Shown: positions 1-10,684 of the stretch, piece after piece
Numbering within the stretch: the first letter of the stretch is position 1
Layout of the letters: each line of letters opens with the position of its first letter
Source: an uncultured bacterium
GTDB taxonomy: Bacteria > Acidobacteriota > HRBIN11 > JAKEFK01
Assembly: GCA_963777505.1 (NCBI GenBank)
Contig: CAVZQN010000004.1
Span: forward strand, 1,184,001-1,248,000
DNA length: 64,000 nucleotides
Direction: 5' to 3'
Translations under genes and position numbers: made by a program
Notes under the pieces: generated by a model
Seen by the model: the letters and a program-made list of their open reading frames with translations, nothing else
What the model was told of the DNA's origin: nothing
Databases searched by the model: none

Positions 1-295
1 CGCCGCCAGATGACATCCATTGAACATCGCCCTTTCCAATCTTGCCAGAATTTCCAAGAGTATCTCTGTGTTGAACTTCACCTGATAGTACGTAGGTCAC
101 AGTTTCAATCCCGCGATGCGGATGCATTGGAAATCCGGCTTCATAGTCTTCAGGCTTTGTGTTGGTAAAATGGTCCAGCAACAAGAACGGATCTAAATAA
201 TTTAACGGGCCTCCAATTGTTCTTTGTACAAAAACTCCGGCACCTTCACGAACCCTGTAGGGTTGAATTACGTCTTGAACCTTTCTTTCTTTCAT
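1..295 (-). CDS. Pirin family protein (5' part; runs off window edge)
   Basis: Manual translation MKERKVQDVIQPYRVREGAG...DPFLLLDHF...GFPMHPHRGIETVTY...GDVQWM contains the pirin metal-binding motifs; absent from the ORF track. Confidence 0.92.
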   Translation of the reverse strand, partial: MKERKVQDVIQPYRVREGAGVFVQRTIGGPLNYLDPFLLLDHFTNTKPEDYEAGFPMHPHRGIETVTYVLSGEVQHRDTLGNSGKIGKGDVQWMSSGG

Positions 296-342
296 AATGT
301 CACCTTCAATTTAAAGTATAGAATTCCTGTCAAGTGCCGTTC

Positions 343-436
343 GTAGTCGGGCACGCGGCCGAGCGAATGCGAGGCAGTGCCGTTCTAACGGTACTGTCCG
401 GCCGCAGAAATGCGGCGGAACTGCGTACCCGACTAC
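343..436. repeat. REPIN-like GC-rich inverted-repeat element (GTAG...CTAC)
   Basis: GTAGTCGGGCACGCGG pairs with CTGCGTACCCGACTAC; internal CCGCA-GAAA-TGCGG hairpin. Confidence 0.6.
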
Positions 437-481
437 AAAAGATATAATGAATCACACAACACAACAATTGAGGATAGAACA

Positions 482-964
482 ATGATTCCAAAAGAAGATC
501 TACATAAATGGATTAAGAAGGAGTTTGCAACAACCTTAAAGGTCTTAAAGGCATATCCGCCTGAAATGCTCGATTTCCGACCGCACGAACGTTCGAGTGA
601 TGCAATCAAACTGACGTCAACTTTCGTTTTTGAAATGCATTTACTTTCAATGAACATTTTTGGTGATGCGATTGATCGTTCAATATTCAGTACTTACAAA
701 CCAGGCCGTTTTCAGACTTTAATCGAAGATTTTGAAGCGGAGACTTCGAAATTTTTATCCCGTTTTGAGCAGATGCCTGAAGAAGAATTGAATAAGACCG
801 TGAAATTTGCAGGAGTAACATTCAGGGCTGATGAATTTATACTTGCCATGATCTGCGATCAGGTTCATCACCGCGGACAGCTTTCCGTATATGTCAGAAT
901 GGCCGGCGGAAAAGTGCCTTCTATTTATGGACCATCCGCTGATGATAAAGCAACGAACCTTTAA
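482..964 (+). CDS. DinB/YfiT family protein
   Basis: C-terminal DQVHHRGQLSVYVRMAGGKVPSIYG motif; GAGG RBS before ATG 482. Confidence 0.88.
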   Translation: MIPKEDLHKWIKKEFATTLKVLKAYPPEMLDFRPHERSSDAIKLTSTFVFEMHLLSMNIFGDAIDRSIFSTYKPGRFQTLIEDFEAETSKFLSRFEQMPEEELNKTVKFAGVTFRADEFILAMICDQVHHRGQLSVYVRMAGGKVPSIYGPSADDKATNL

Positions 965-968
965 CGCG

Positions 969-3039
969 CTATTGTTGACGAATCAACTGAGGCCTTTCAC
1001 TGCATGTAGGTAGAAAGTAAATCCCGACATCATTCTTTCCGGCACTCAAAGATATTTCGGGAATTAAGGTGTCGAAATGATGTGTTGTTGAATCGAGTGG
1101 CGCCGAAAGTGTAGTGGCTCGATAGATTCCATTTACGGAGACCGCAAGCACAATCTTTTTTGCAGGCAGATCGTTTCCGTGAATTCTTCCGGCAACAAAA
1201 ACAGGAAGAAAATTTGTTTGCAGATTTACATTGGCAAGGAGATTTTGATTACGCATTTTTGCCGAAAATCCGTCAACGCTTTGCGTTTCTGCTTCAACGC
1301 TCTTGCCGATTATCTCTCGACATGGGGAGTTCAGGTTTTCGATTTGTTGGCCGGAACCAAACCAGCGTAACTTTCGATGAAGTGCTAAATTGTCAGATTT
1401 GAAATTTGCATCAAATCGATTGCGAATTTTACAGTTTTCAGAACATATGATGCGTGTCCGATCTTTGGGCGGAGGAGAAGACGCTACGCTAATGCCATCC
1501 ATTTTCCATGGAATTTCAACGCCCGCGAGTTCTGCAATGGTTGGAAGAATGTCGATTGTTTCTACATTCCAATCCAGTATTCTTCCTCCTTTCTGTCCCG
1601 GAGTTTTTATGAATAAAGGAACAAAAATAACTTCTTCAGCATTTTCCCGCGTCACTGTCCGAAGCGTCTTGCCTGATGTAAAACTGATTCCATGATCTGC
1701 AGTGATTACGATTATGGATTGATCATACAAGCCGGATTTTCGAAGCTTTTTCAAAAATTCCCCAATCCAGTAATCAACAAAGCCAACTTGCATCAAGTGC
1801 CTTTGATAAGCCCTCTGGACAGCTGCTTCATCGTCTAGCCATTTTGCAAACACCAGATTCATCCCCTCATACGTTTGAGATCCATAACTTTTTCCTGATG
1901 GCAAAAGATACCAGGGGAAATGAGGAACATTCGGATGAATAAAATGAAGGACTGGTCGTTTTGTTGGTTGAATAGAATTCAGAAAATTTCTGCAAATGAA
2001 CATCTGGATCTTTGCTATTCATGCGGCGATCCGTTTTTCCTTTTTCTGAATCAGAAGCAAAATCACCCCACGATTGTGTAATTGGCGGCAAATAAATCGA
2101 ATATTTGTGCGGAAGAATAATGTGAAGATAAACAAGAGTGAGATCTGAAATTAGGGAAGTCCACAATTGGACATGATTTCTTTCAAATGCAATTTCATGC
2201 GGATTCATCCAGGTTACAGTTTCAAAAACATTCAAGTCATATGACTTTGCAAAAAGCGTGAAGAGGTTCTTCGGGTATTGAATCGTGATCGGCAACCGGT
2301 CAGGTTCTGGATAGTTGCCCGTCAGAATTCCTGCCAGTGACTCTTCTGTGCGTTCTGCTACCGTGCTGCAGGCACGATACCAGTTCCATTCACGAGTTAA
2401 GTTTGCGAAGTTTGGATATCGTATTGCGTCTACATTCCGGTGTTCGTCTAAAAGAGATATGAGTGGAAATTCATCAAAAACAATGAGAAAAACAGGAGTT
2501 TCGGAGCGAACACTCACATCTGGAATCTCAACTGGATTCGAAAACATCAATTGCCAAATTTTCGGGCTTGCAATGAAAAGAAACGGCACAATAAGCGCGG
2601 CCGGAGCGAGATAAAGATAAAACAAACGCAACCAGTGAAACCGAAAGTATCCAAGACTTGTGATGACACAAATCAAAACAAGAGCAACCATAAAAAAGTT
2701 GCTTACTATCATCTGCTGGCGATTAAATCCTGGAAGCAAAAAAACAAGAGTAAAAAATGTTATTAATAGCAATTGAAACAAACGGCCGGCACCTGGACTG
2801 ATTTTCGAAATAAGAAACCGGATGAGCACCAGAATCCCCGGCAAAAGAATGCTGATAACTAACGTAAATGCGAGCAATTCAAAACGTGAAATGCGTTTGA
2901 AGACAAAAAATTCTGCATACCGTGCGAGGATTTCAAATAAAGGCCGGGCAACGGTTAGATTAAAAAGTCCGAATATGGCTAGAGCATCTATAACCGAAGT
3001 TGTTTTCGCGGTTCTCTCAGCATTGAACTGCCCCATCAC
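969..3039 (-). CDS. Membrane-anchored sulfatase-like / alkaline-phosphatase-superfamily hydrolase-transferase (frameshift near 1985)
   Basis: N-terminal TM helices, then VFLIVFDEFP, PHFPW and ITADHG motifs split over ORFs 1867-3039 and 969-2003; removing one A from the A4 run at 1983-1986 joins them; no CxPxR motif. Confidence 0.75.
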
Positions 3040-3080
3040 TGATCATTCTAACCGACGACAGCCATCATGAGTGCACCTCC

Positions 3081-4464
3081 ATGTATCATATGTATATGAA
3101 TATTGCCCGGTTAATAACATGTTTATTAACCATCTTCATACTTGCGGCTGGGTGCGATACTTTTTCTAATGATGATGCAAAGTCGCAACCTAATATTTTG
3201 TTTCTCATAAGCGACGATCACAGCGGAGAGGATCTAGGCTCAACGGGTGAGAACAGACCTCGCACACCCGCGCTGGATGCCCTGGCTGCAGCGGGAGCGC
3301 GCTTCATGAATGCATATGCATTATCTCCGCAATGTAGCCCAAGCCGTTCTGCAATCATGACTGGACGTTCGCCGCATGCAACGGGAACCTCGCGGCTTCA
3401 CAGCGCTCTTACGGAAGAACACGATACAGTGATTGATGCGCTGAAGCGATCGGGTTATTACGTAGGTGCGTTTCACAAAGTCCATCTTGGAGAAAGTTTC
3501 CAGTCACGATGGCAATTTTATGGAGATAAGGATGCATCCTTTGAATTGTTTTTCCGCGATCGTCCGCGCGATCAACCGTTCTTTCTTTGGGTAGGGTTTG
3601 ACGATCCACATAGACCCTATCAATCAGGCGCAGTATCAAATCCGTTTGATCCTGAAAATGTGCGAGTTCCTGGATTTCTGCCGGATACAAATGCTGTTCG
3701 TACGCGATCTTGCAGATTATTACGATGAAATTGCGCGAATGGATTCAGATGTTGCCAGAATACTTTCACTGCTTGAAACGAATGGCCTGGCTAAGAATAC
3801 GCTTGTTGTTTTTGCCGGTGACAACGGGATGCCATTCCCGGGTGCGAAAGGTTCGCTCTATCATCAAGGTGTAAATGTACCGTTAATCGTCCGATGGCCG
3901 GGTTATATTAAAGCTGCACAAGTAAAAAATGAGGTCGTTTCGTTAGTTGATCTAGCGCCTACGTGGCTCGAAGCCGCAGGCATTAAACCACTCGCACAAA
4001 TGGAAGGGAAGAGTCTTCTTCCACTTTTGACCGGGCAATCGAGATCCCCAGATCGGCCGGCCTTTTTTGAACGGAACTGGCACGATAATCTTGATTTGAT
4101 ACGAGGCGTCCGCTCGGGTCGTTACCTGCTCATTCAAAATTACCGGACCGAATTGCCTTATCCACCAACTCTCGATCTCGTTCAGTCGCCAAGTTGGGTT
4201 GCAATTCGGGAACTTCATGGACAAAGCAAATTATCACAAGCGCTTGAGCAAAGATATTTTGCTGCTCCACGTCCGGAGGTTGAGTTGTTCAACCTCGATC
4301 TGGATCCTTTTCAACTTCAAAATCTTGCAGCCGATCCGGCTCACTCTGCCATTGTTGGAAATCTGCAAAAACTCCTTGGCGATTGGATGATTTCCACAAA
4401 CGATTTTCTTCAACCACCTATTCCTCCCAAGCGCAGCACTCACGGTGAATCCATACGTCAATAG
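3081..4464 (+). CDS. Cys-type sulfatase lipoprotein, sulfamidase-like (frameshift near 3702)
   Basis: Lipobox LAAGC, PNILFLISDD, CSPSR formylglycine motif, GDNG; two ORFs joined by removing one base. Confidence 0.85.
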
Positions 4465-4484
4465 AAGATAAGTGGAGGATGAAG

Positions 4485-4519
4485 TAGAAGATAGAAGATA
4501 GAGGATAGAAGATAGAAGA
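4485..4519. repeat. 7-bp tandem repeat (TAGAAGA x5, one copy TAGAGGA)
   Basis: Read directly in the intergenic region. Confidence 0.8.
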
Positions 4520-4588
4520 GCGCTCCATTCCGTTGATCTGTGACTAATTCAATCAGTGTTCACCAGTGTTTAAGTAAAAGGGATTGCA

Positions 4589-5797
4589 ATGTATGATGCG
4601 ATTGCTCTAGAATTGCAACAAATGATGCACACACACGATTCCGTAGAACCTATTTCACGCCGCGCGATGCTGAAAGCACTTGCCGGAGGCATGCTTCTGC
4701 CAGGCGCATTTATGATCAATCTTGGCCGTTCGAAAGTTTTCGCAGGAGATGTGCGCGAGTATTCATCTCGAGCCATTGATCTTGTCGGTCGATCACTGGT
4801 GATCGATATGCTTGGTGTACTCGCAATTGATGATAAGAAAGCAGATCGATGGATCAGTTCGCCGGAAGGGATGTCAGCGGAAGAGCTTGCGGCGTTTAAA
4901 ACTTGCGGAATCAATACGTTTCACAATGCATTTGGTATTGGGGGACCAACTTCATATGAAGATGCACTCCTTTTCATGGCAAGCTATAGCGCTTTTCTGA
5001 ATCGCATGAGCAATGACTTTACCCGAATCAGTACAACAAAGGATATGGAGAGTGCCAAGAAGGATGGCAAGATCGGCGTTATTCTGGGTTTACAAAATGC
5101 GGATCAATTTCGGACCCCAGATGACGTCAAACTTTTTTACGGATTGGGAATGCGCTGTGCACAACTTACATACAACACACAAAATATGATTGGCTCCGGA
5201 TCAACTGAGCGTGTGGATGGCGGCGTCACCGATTTTGGTGCAGAAATTATTAAGAAGATGAATGAAATCGGAATGCTGGTAGATGTTTCTCACAGCGGCG
5301 ATCGAACAACTCTGGATGCGATCGATTTATCCGCAAAACCGATTGCTATTACACATTCCAACTGCAGAGCACTCAATAATCACCCGCGGCTAAAAACCGA
5401 TGAAGCAATCCGTAACCTTGCCGCTAAGGATGGTGTTATTGGAATCACTGGCGTACGTATGTTTGTGCGCGACCGGGAACCCACGACAATCGATCATTTC
5501 GTCGATCATATTGATCATGTTATTAAACTTGTTGGGGTGGAACATGTTGGAATCGGCTCTGACTCTGATCTGAACGGTTATGATGATCTCCCCGAGGATA
5601 TGCAGAAAAAACTGCGTGAAAGCTATAAGTCCAGTTATGCTTTCCGCGAGAAAATAGATATTGAAGGTCTTGATCATCCCCGCAAAGTCTTTGATCTTAC
5701 CGAAGCCTTAATTCGCCGCGGCTATAGCGATTCCAATATCGAAGCAATCCTTGGTGGAAACTTCAAAAGGTTACTTCTGCAAGTCTGGGGCAGCTAA
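4589..5797 (+). CDS. Membrane dipeptidase (peptidase M19), Tat-exported
   Basis: SRRAMLK twin-arginine signal; MLVDVSH, ITHSN, HVGIGSD, ILGGNF motifs. Confidence 0.9.
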   Translation: MYDAIALELQQMMHTHDSVEPISRRAMLKALAGGMLLPGAFMINLGRSKVFAGDVREYSSRAIDLVGRSLVIDMLGVLAIDDKKADRWISSPEGMSAEELAAFKTCGINTFHNAFGIGGPTSYEDALLFMASYSAFLNRMSNDFTRISTTKDMESAKKDGKIGVILGLQNADQFRTPDDVKLFYGLGMRCAQLTYNTQNMIGSGSTERVDGGVTDFGAEIIKKMNEIGMLVDVSHSGDRTTLDAIDLSAKPIAITHSNCRALNNHPRLKTDEAIRNLAAKDGVIGITGVRMFVRDREPTTIDHFVDHIDHVIKLVGVEHVGIGSDSDLNGYDDLPEDMQKKLRESYKSSYAFREKIDIEGLDHPRKVFDLTEALIRRGYSDSNIEAILGGNFKRLLLQVWGS

Positions 5798-5820
5798 GGG
5801 CCCAGGATCTAAACTGCACG

Positions 5821-5842
5821 TAGTACTATAACTATAGTACTA
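5821..5842. repeat. 22-bp AT-rich palindrome TAGTACTAT-AACT-ATAGTACTA (copy 1)
   Basis: Perfect inverted arms; second copy with the same geometry at 20742. Confidence 0.75.
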
Positions 5843-5890
5843 TGAAATTAACGAAAGAACCTGTCCACGCTTTTTAATGAAAATATTTTG

Positions 5891-6565
5891 CTAAGAAAAT
5901 ACAGGGATTAGTACATTCGGAATGAAGTCGACTAAGAAATGCGTAATGATATTCGCTTTTAAGTCGCGCCGCTTAATATAAAGCACGGCAAGAATGGCTC
6001 CTGCAACAAACGAGATGATGATACCGCCGATTCCTTGTCTGTAGTGAAAGATTGCAAAGAGGATTAGTGGAATCAAGAAATAGATAAACCAATTTCCAGT
6101 CATTTTTTCCAGACGTTCGATAACATAACCGCGGTAACAAACTTCTTCTACAATTCCGGCCCGCAATACCATCAATGAAATGACCCACAAAGAAACATTT
6201 TTATAGCGCTGGATTTCGCCGCCTTCACCAAATTTGATTCCAACCTTGCTGAAAATAAAAAGAAGTAATGCCAGTGCAGCGGCAGCAATGACAACTCCAA
6301 GAAGTCCCCAAAGAATCGATTTGCCCCAGTGTCTGTTATGAAGACCAATTGAATCTAAGCCTAGCTTTTCTCCTTTAACAATCAGCAGCAGAAGGATTCC
6401 TGTTAACGCAAATATGGAGAGTTCTTTCGTCAGTACGAAAGCATTCGTAAAAGGACCGGGAGAAGCTGTTTTTTGAAAAATGAAAATTAGAAGGGGGACA
6501 CCAAAAAGTGCGATCGCAAGCCCGATATAAGTTATAGCCGGAGTTCGCTCCACGCTCTGTTGCAT
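5891..6565 (-). CDS. CPBP/Abi (CAAX-like) intramembrane metalloprotease
   Basis: EEVCYRGY, FAIFH and HFLVD motifs, multiple TM helices; start at 6565 or 6604. Confidence 0.9.
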   Translation of the reverse strand: MQQSVERTPAITYIGLAIALFGVPLLIFIFQKTASPGPFTNAFVLTKELSIFALTGILLLLIVKGEKLGLDSIGLHNRHWGKSILWGLLGVVIAAAALALLLFIFSKVGIKFGEGGEIQRYKNVSLWVISLMVLRAGIVEEVCYRGYVIERLEKMTGNWFIYFLIPLILFAIFHYRQGIGGIIISFVAGAILAVLYIKRRDLKANIITHFLVDFIPNVLIPVFS

Positions 6566-6615
6566 TCGCCACGAATCATACCATGCAATTTGTAACGCCG
6601 GCATTTTCAGATTTC

Positions 6616-6694
6616 AACCACGAAGGCCACGAAGCATCACGAAGATTTTTCTTTAATTATTTGTATCTTCGTGCTTCTTCGTGAACTTCGTGGT
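6616..6694. repeat. Intergenic inverted repeat built of CACGAAG units
   Basis: AACCACGAAGGCCACGAAGCATCACGAAG...CTTCGTGCTTCTTCGTGAACTTCGTGGT. Confidence 0.75.
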
Positions 6695-6751
6695 AAAAAT
6701 CCTAAGAGCCGGCTGGGAGCCGACGTTACAAATTGCTATATAATCTGCCGC

Positions 6752-8170
6752 ATGATGATCCTTCTATTTCTCTTATTTTCGTTATCGATATTTCAAACTG
6801 CAGACGCTGAGTTGGATGTTGTGTTCGCGAATGCACACGTCATGGACCCCGAATCTGGCGTTGATGCCATTCAACACATAGGTGTTCGCGGCAATCGGAT
6901 CGTTGAACTTTCAACGAATCCGCTGAGCGGCAAAACGGTGATCGATGCAAAAGGGCTCGTATTAGCGCCTGGTTTTATTGATCTTCACTCGCATGGTCAG
7001 TCTGACGAAAATTATCGTTACAAAGCGATGGATGGTGTAACCACTGCGCTTGAGTTAGAAGTTGGCGTTTCGCCGGTTGCAAAATGGTACACAGAACGTG
7101 AAGGAAAGGCCCTCGTAAACTACGGCGCTACGTGCGGTCATATTCCAGTACGCATGGCAGTGATGCATGATTCCGGAACATTCTTGCCGCGTGATAAGGC
7201 GGCAAATGTTCGAGCCACATCCGACGAAGTTCGACAAATTACTGAATTAATAAAACGAGGTTTGGAAGAAGGTGCACTTGGCATTGGTTTCGGTATTAAT
7301 TACGTTCCCAAAACAACACGGAGTGAGATCTTCGATCTTTTCAGCATTGCAGCGGAACACAAAGTAGCCAATTTTGTTCATATGCGCTTTTCCGGATCCG
7401 GTGAAACGGATGGCGCTCTTGTTGCTTTGCAAGAAGTGCTTGCCGATACTGCGGCAACAGGCGCTTCACTGCATGTGGTTCACATTACAAGCACATGTTT
7501 ACGGGAGACATCTACTTGTTTAAAGATGCTTGAAGGCGCACAGAGAAGTGGACTCGATGTCACAACGGAATCCTATCCCTACACTGCGACTGCAACACAG
7601 ATTGATTCAGCAATCTATAATGAAGGCTGGCAAGAACGGCTCGGTATTACATACAAAGATTTGCAATGGGTCGCAACTGGTGAACGGCTTACGAAAGAGT
7701 CGTTCGATCGTTATCGAAAAACCGGTGGAGCTGTGATTGGTCATTCGATTCCTGAAGAAATTGCGCGTCTGGCTGTTGCGAATTCGAATGTAATCGTTGC
7801 AAGCGACGGTCGCTTCGTTGAAGGAAAAGGTCATCCACGCAGTGCTGGCACATTTGCGCGTGTGCTCGGATATTATGTGCGCGAACAGAAGGCACTTAGC
7901 TTAATGGATGCAATCCGTAAAATGACTTTATTGCCTGCACAACGATTAGAAAAATCAGTACCGCAAATGAAAACGAAAGGGCGGATCAAGGTTGGCATGG
8001 ATGCTGATCTCACACTCTTCGATCCGGCCCGCGTCATTGACCGTGCAACTTTTGAAAATCCGGCCCAATTTTCCGAAGGGATCCATCATGTGATGGTGAA
8101 CGGCGTATTCGTAGTACGAGATGGCAAAATCGTTGAAGGGGTAAAGCCGGGAATCGCAATTCGCCGATAA
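6752..8170 (+). CDS. Secreted amidohydrolase (D-aminoacylase/D-glutamate deacylase-like)
   Basis: Signal peptide; PGFIDLHSH, HPRSAGTFARVLG, GRIKVGMDADL. Confidence 0.85.
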   Translation: MMILLFLLFSLSIFQTADAELDVVFANAHVMDPESGVDAIQHIGVRGNRIVELSTNPLSGKTVIDAKGLVLAPGFIDLHSHGQSDENYRYKAMDGVTTALELEVGVSPVAKWYTEREGKALVNYGATCGHIPVRMAVMHDSGTFLPRDKAANVRATSDEVRQITELIKRGLEEGALGIGFGINYVPKTTRSEIFDLFSIAAEHKVANFVHMRFSGSGETDGALVALQEVLADTAATGASLHVVHITSTCLRETSTCLKMLEGAQRSGLDVTTESYPYTATATQIDSAIYNEGWQERLGITYKDLQWVATGERLTKESFDRYRKTGGAVIGHSIPEEIARLAVANSNVIVASDGRFVEGKGHPRSAGTFARVLGYYVREQKALSLMDAIRKMTLLPAQRLEKSVPQMKTKGRIKVGMDADLTLFDPARVIDRATFENPAQFSEGIHHVMVNGVFVVRDGKIVEGVKPGIAIRR

Positions 8171-8176
8171 GAACTC

Positions 8177-8194
8177 AACCGCAAAGACGCCAAG
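8177..8194 (+). repeat. AACCGC-type short dispersed repeat
   Basis: AACCGCAAAGACGCCAAG; related copies at 16948 (reverse), 26248, 55344 and 58099. Confidence 0.55.
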
Positions 8195-8197
8195 ATA

Positions 8198-9142
8198 TTA
8201 AGGTTTTCGTTTTCTGGGTTCCAGAGTTTTCATGTCGTAGTGAGTTTTGAAGAATTCATCACACCAGAGACAAATATTTTTCAGGTCTCGCGTTCTTTCT
8301 TTGGCGTATTCTTCCGTCACGCCAACTGATTCACCCATTTTCCATGGAGCACCTTCATTTAACTGTTTGAAAATTTCAGAACGCGATACCCGCATCAGTA
8401 CATCGGCAACTTTCTCTTTACGAGCATCACCCATCGGTTCGAGTGTTCCAGGACAACACGGATTGATTTTCCAAAGTTGAATTGAGACTTCTTGCGGAAT
8501 ATCTTCTGAGCCCCCAAGGAATCCGCGTGCACCGGAAAGGATTGCGCAAAAGTTGTGCATCGGATCCTTTTTCCAAATCCCTTTTTGAATTGCGCGGCCT
8601 CGTGCCCAATTTCCACCAAGCCACATTTCTTCCGTGGCACCCCAGAATCCATAACTGATCCGATCTTTCTTGAGGTATGTTTCTTTTTCAATCAATGGAT
8701 CAGTGTTTTCATCGCTCATCCCACGCGAACGAAATAGCTGCGTGAGTGCTTCTTTTCGTTCGCCTTTGTATTTATGGTAACTGTCGATTGAAGCAACATC
8801 GAAGCGAGTCACTCCTTTTTGAATTAAAGTATCCAGAATTTCTTCTGTCAGAAGATCGCCGTTAGTTTGAAGCATGATCTGAGTCGTGTTGGAATATTTT
8901 TTCTTTAAAGTGTCGAGTATCAAATAAAGTTGTTTCCGCTCCGCAAGCGGCTCACCGCCCGAAAGGATTAAACGATCGATTCGATCGGGCAGATGATCGA
9001 TGATTGCAAGGCATTCTTCATCGCTGATGCGTGAACCTTCAGGCCCGGAAAGGTTATAGCAATGATCACAAACGTCGTTGCATAGCTGAGTGAATACCCA
9101 GTACAAAGATTCGCAATGGTTAAAATCGTTTTTTATAAGCAT
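8198..9142 (-). CDS. Radical SAM protein with Cys-rich C-terminal extension
   Basis: CNDVCDHC (CxxxCxxC), SGGEP, QTNG; extra Cys in NFCA, PCCPG and CLWC. Confidence 0.9.
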   Translation of the reverse strand: MLIKNDFNHCESLYWVFTQLCNDVCDHCYNLSGPEGSRISDEECLAIIDHLPDRIDRLILSGGEPLAERKQLYLILDTLKKKYSNTTQIMLQTNGDLLTEEILDTLIQKGVTRFDVASIDSYHKYKGERKEALTQLFRSRGMSDENTDPLIEKETYLKKDRISYGFWGATEEMWLGGNWARGRAIQKGIWKKDPMHNFCAILSGARGFLGGSEDIPQEVSIQLWKINPCCPGTLEPMGDARKEKVADVLMRVSRSEIFKQLNEGAPWKMGESVGVTEEYAKERTRDLKNICLWCDEFFKTHYDMKTLEPRKRKP

Positions 9143-9148
9143 GTCTTC

Positions 9149-9194
9149 GTAGGGCCGGTCTTGTGCCGGCCCGGGCGGCCACAGCCGTCCCTAC
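9149..9194. repeat. GTAG-family REP doublet remnant
   Basis: GTAGGGCCGGTCTTGTGCCGGCCCGGGCGGCCACAGCCGTCCCTAC; related to copies at 30624 and 60018. Confidence 0.65.
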
Positions 9195-9923
9195 TGTCGT
9201 TTTTGTAACAAGCCTTCCCAAAACTCGATCTCACGCTGAACACCTGTTTTAGGATCGTGAATGAATTGCTGAACATCGTCAAAAACTTCCAGCGTACCTT
9301 TCTGCATTAGAGCAATTTGGTCACCCATCAGGATCGCTTCCTTCAAATCGTGTGTAACAAAAATCGATGTAATTTTGAACTGCTTTGCAACAGTTACGAA
9401 AAAATGTCTGCATCGAAGTGCGTGTCTCCGCGTCAAGATTGCCGAAAGGTTCGTCCAGAAGCAGCAACAAAGGATTCACAATGAATGCACGTCCAAAAGA
9501 AACTCTTTGCTTTTGGCCTCCGGAAAGTTGATGCGGCATCTTGCGCGCATGCTCATCAATCTGCAAACTCTGAATCATTTGAGCTGTTTTTTCTTGAATC
9601 TCTTTTTCCGGAAGTTTGCGCAACCTCAACCCAAAAGCAATATTTTCAAAAACATCCAGATGAGGAAACAAAAGCGTTTCCTGATAAAGATAAACAATAT
9701 TTCTCTTATGCGCTGGAACTTCATTTACGATTGTTTCTTGCAAAACTATTTGTCCGGAATCGCCCGCCAACAAGCCCGCGATAATCTTAAGGAGCGTAGT
9801 TTTGCCGCAACCAGAACGTCCCACAATGCTAAGGTTGTGATGCTCATTCAAGGAAAAGCTTAAATCCGAAAGAACTCTGTCTGATTGGAACGATTTATTC
9901 AAACTTTCAACTTTTAATAGCAT
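9191..9923 (-). CDS. ABC transporter ATP-binding protein, YnjD/PotA-like (frameshift near 9400)
   Basis: Walker A GRSGCGKT, LSGGQ, LLLDEPF; H-loop FVTHD lies in the next frame after an A6 run. Confidence 0.88.
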
Positions 9924-10667
9924 TTATGCAGGCTTTTTGAAAATGTAATTTTTATTAAACCAGAGCAAAATTGCAGGAGGCATGATCAGCAGACAGCTCG
10001 CCACCGCAGCATAGTACGGATTGGCTTCATTTATATATTGATAGACTTTAACAGTCAGCGTTTGAATCTTTCCAACCCCGATGATTGTAGTTAATCCGTA
10101 TTCGAACCACGAAATCAAAAATGTTTGGAAAAAGCAGACAAGCAGCATTGGCCGAGATATTGGGACAATTACTCGAAAGAAAGTTTGAAAGGTATCACTT
10201 CCGAGAGTTGCTGAAAGCTGTTCCAATGATTTCAGACGACTGCTCCAGTACCCGCTAAAAAAAATTACACTGAATGGATACGCAATGATGAATTGAGCCA
10301 GAACGACTCCGCTTGCTTTTCCTGCAAGTCCCAGTTTTACGAAAGAAAAGTAAATACATGCCGCATAAATAACAGGTGAAAGAATGTACGGCAAATACGC
10401 TGCAAAAAGTAGTTGATTATTTCTAGGATGATACGCCACGGCACGACTTGTCACAAATCCGAGTGCTGTTGCCGAAACCGAAACGGCAATCGAAATGCCT
10501 GCCGATATCGCCAGACCGGAAAGTAGACTGCTGTGCGCTGAGAAAAGCGTCAACCAATTGTTCATTGTTACTTGATCCGGAAGTACTTTCGGATATTGCC
10601 AGTTGTTTGTTAATGAAAGTAATGCCAGGAATGCAAAAGGAAAAGCAAATACGTATAACTGCGACAA
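9924..10667 (-). CDS. ABC transporter permease (YnjC C-half/PotC-like)
   Basis: Multi-TM; EAA-like motif LEQLSATLG; start uncertain. Confidence 0.85.
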   Translation of the reverse strand: MSQLYVFAFPFAFLALLSLTNNWQYPKVLPDQVTMNNWLTLFSAHSSLLSGLAISAGISIAVSVSATALGFVTSRAVAYHPRNNQLLFAAYLPYILSPVIYAACIYFSFVKLGLAGKASGVVLAQFIIAYPFSVIFFSGYWSSRLKSLEQLSATLGSDTFQTFFRVIVPISRPMLLVCFFQTFLISWFEYGLTTIIGVGKIQTLTVKVYQYINEANPYYAAVASCLLIMPPAILLWFNKNYIFKKPA

Positions 10668-10684
10668 TAGAAGTGGATTGTTGT

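Noticed and set aside
5821-5842. 22-bp palindrome as a LexA box
   Set aside because: The AGTAC-N10-GTACT spacing does not match LexA boxes I know, and both copies lie between convergent genes
9399-9404. Programmed frameshifting or phase variation at the gene breaks
   Set aside because: Only this site has even a 6-base run; the breaks share no slippery motif and hit unrelated genes
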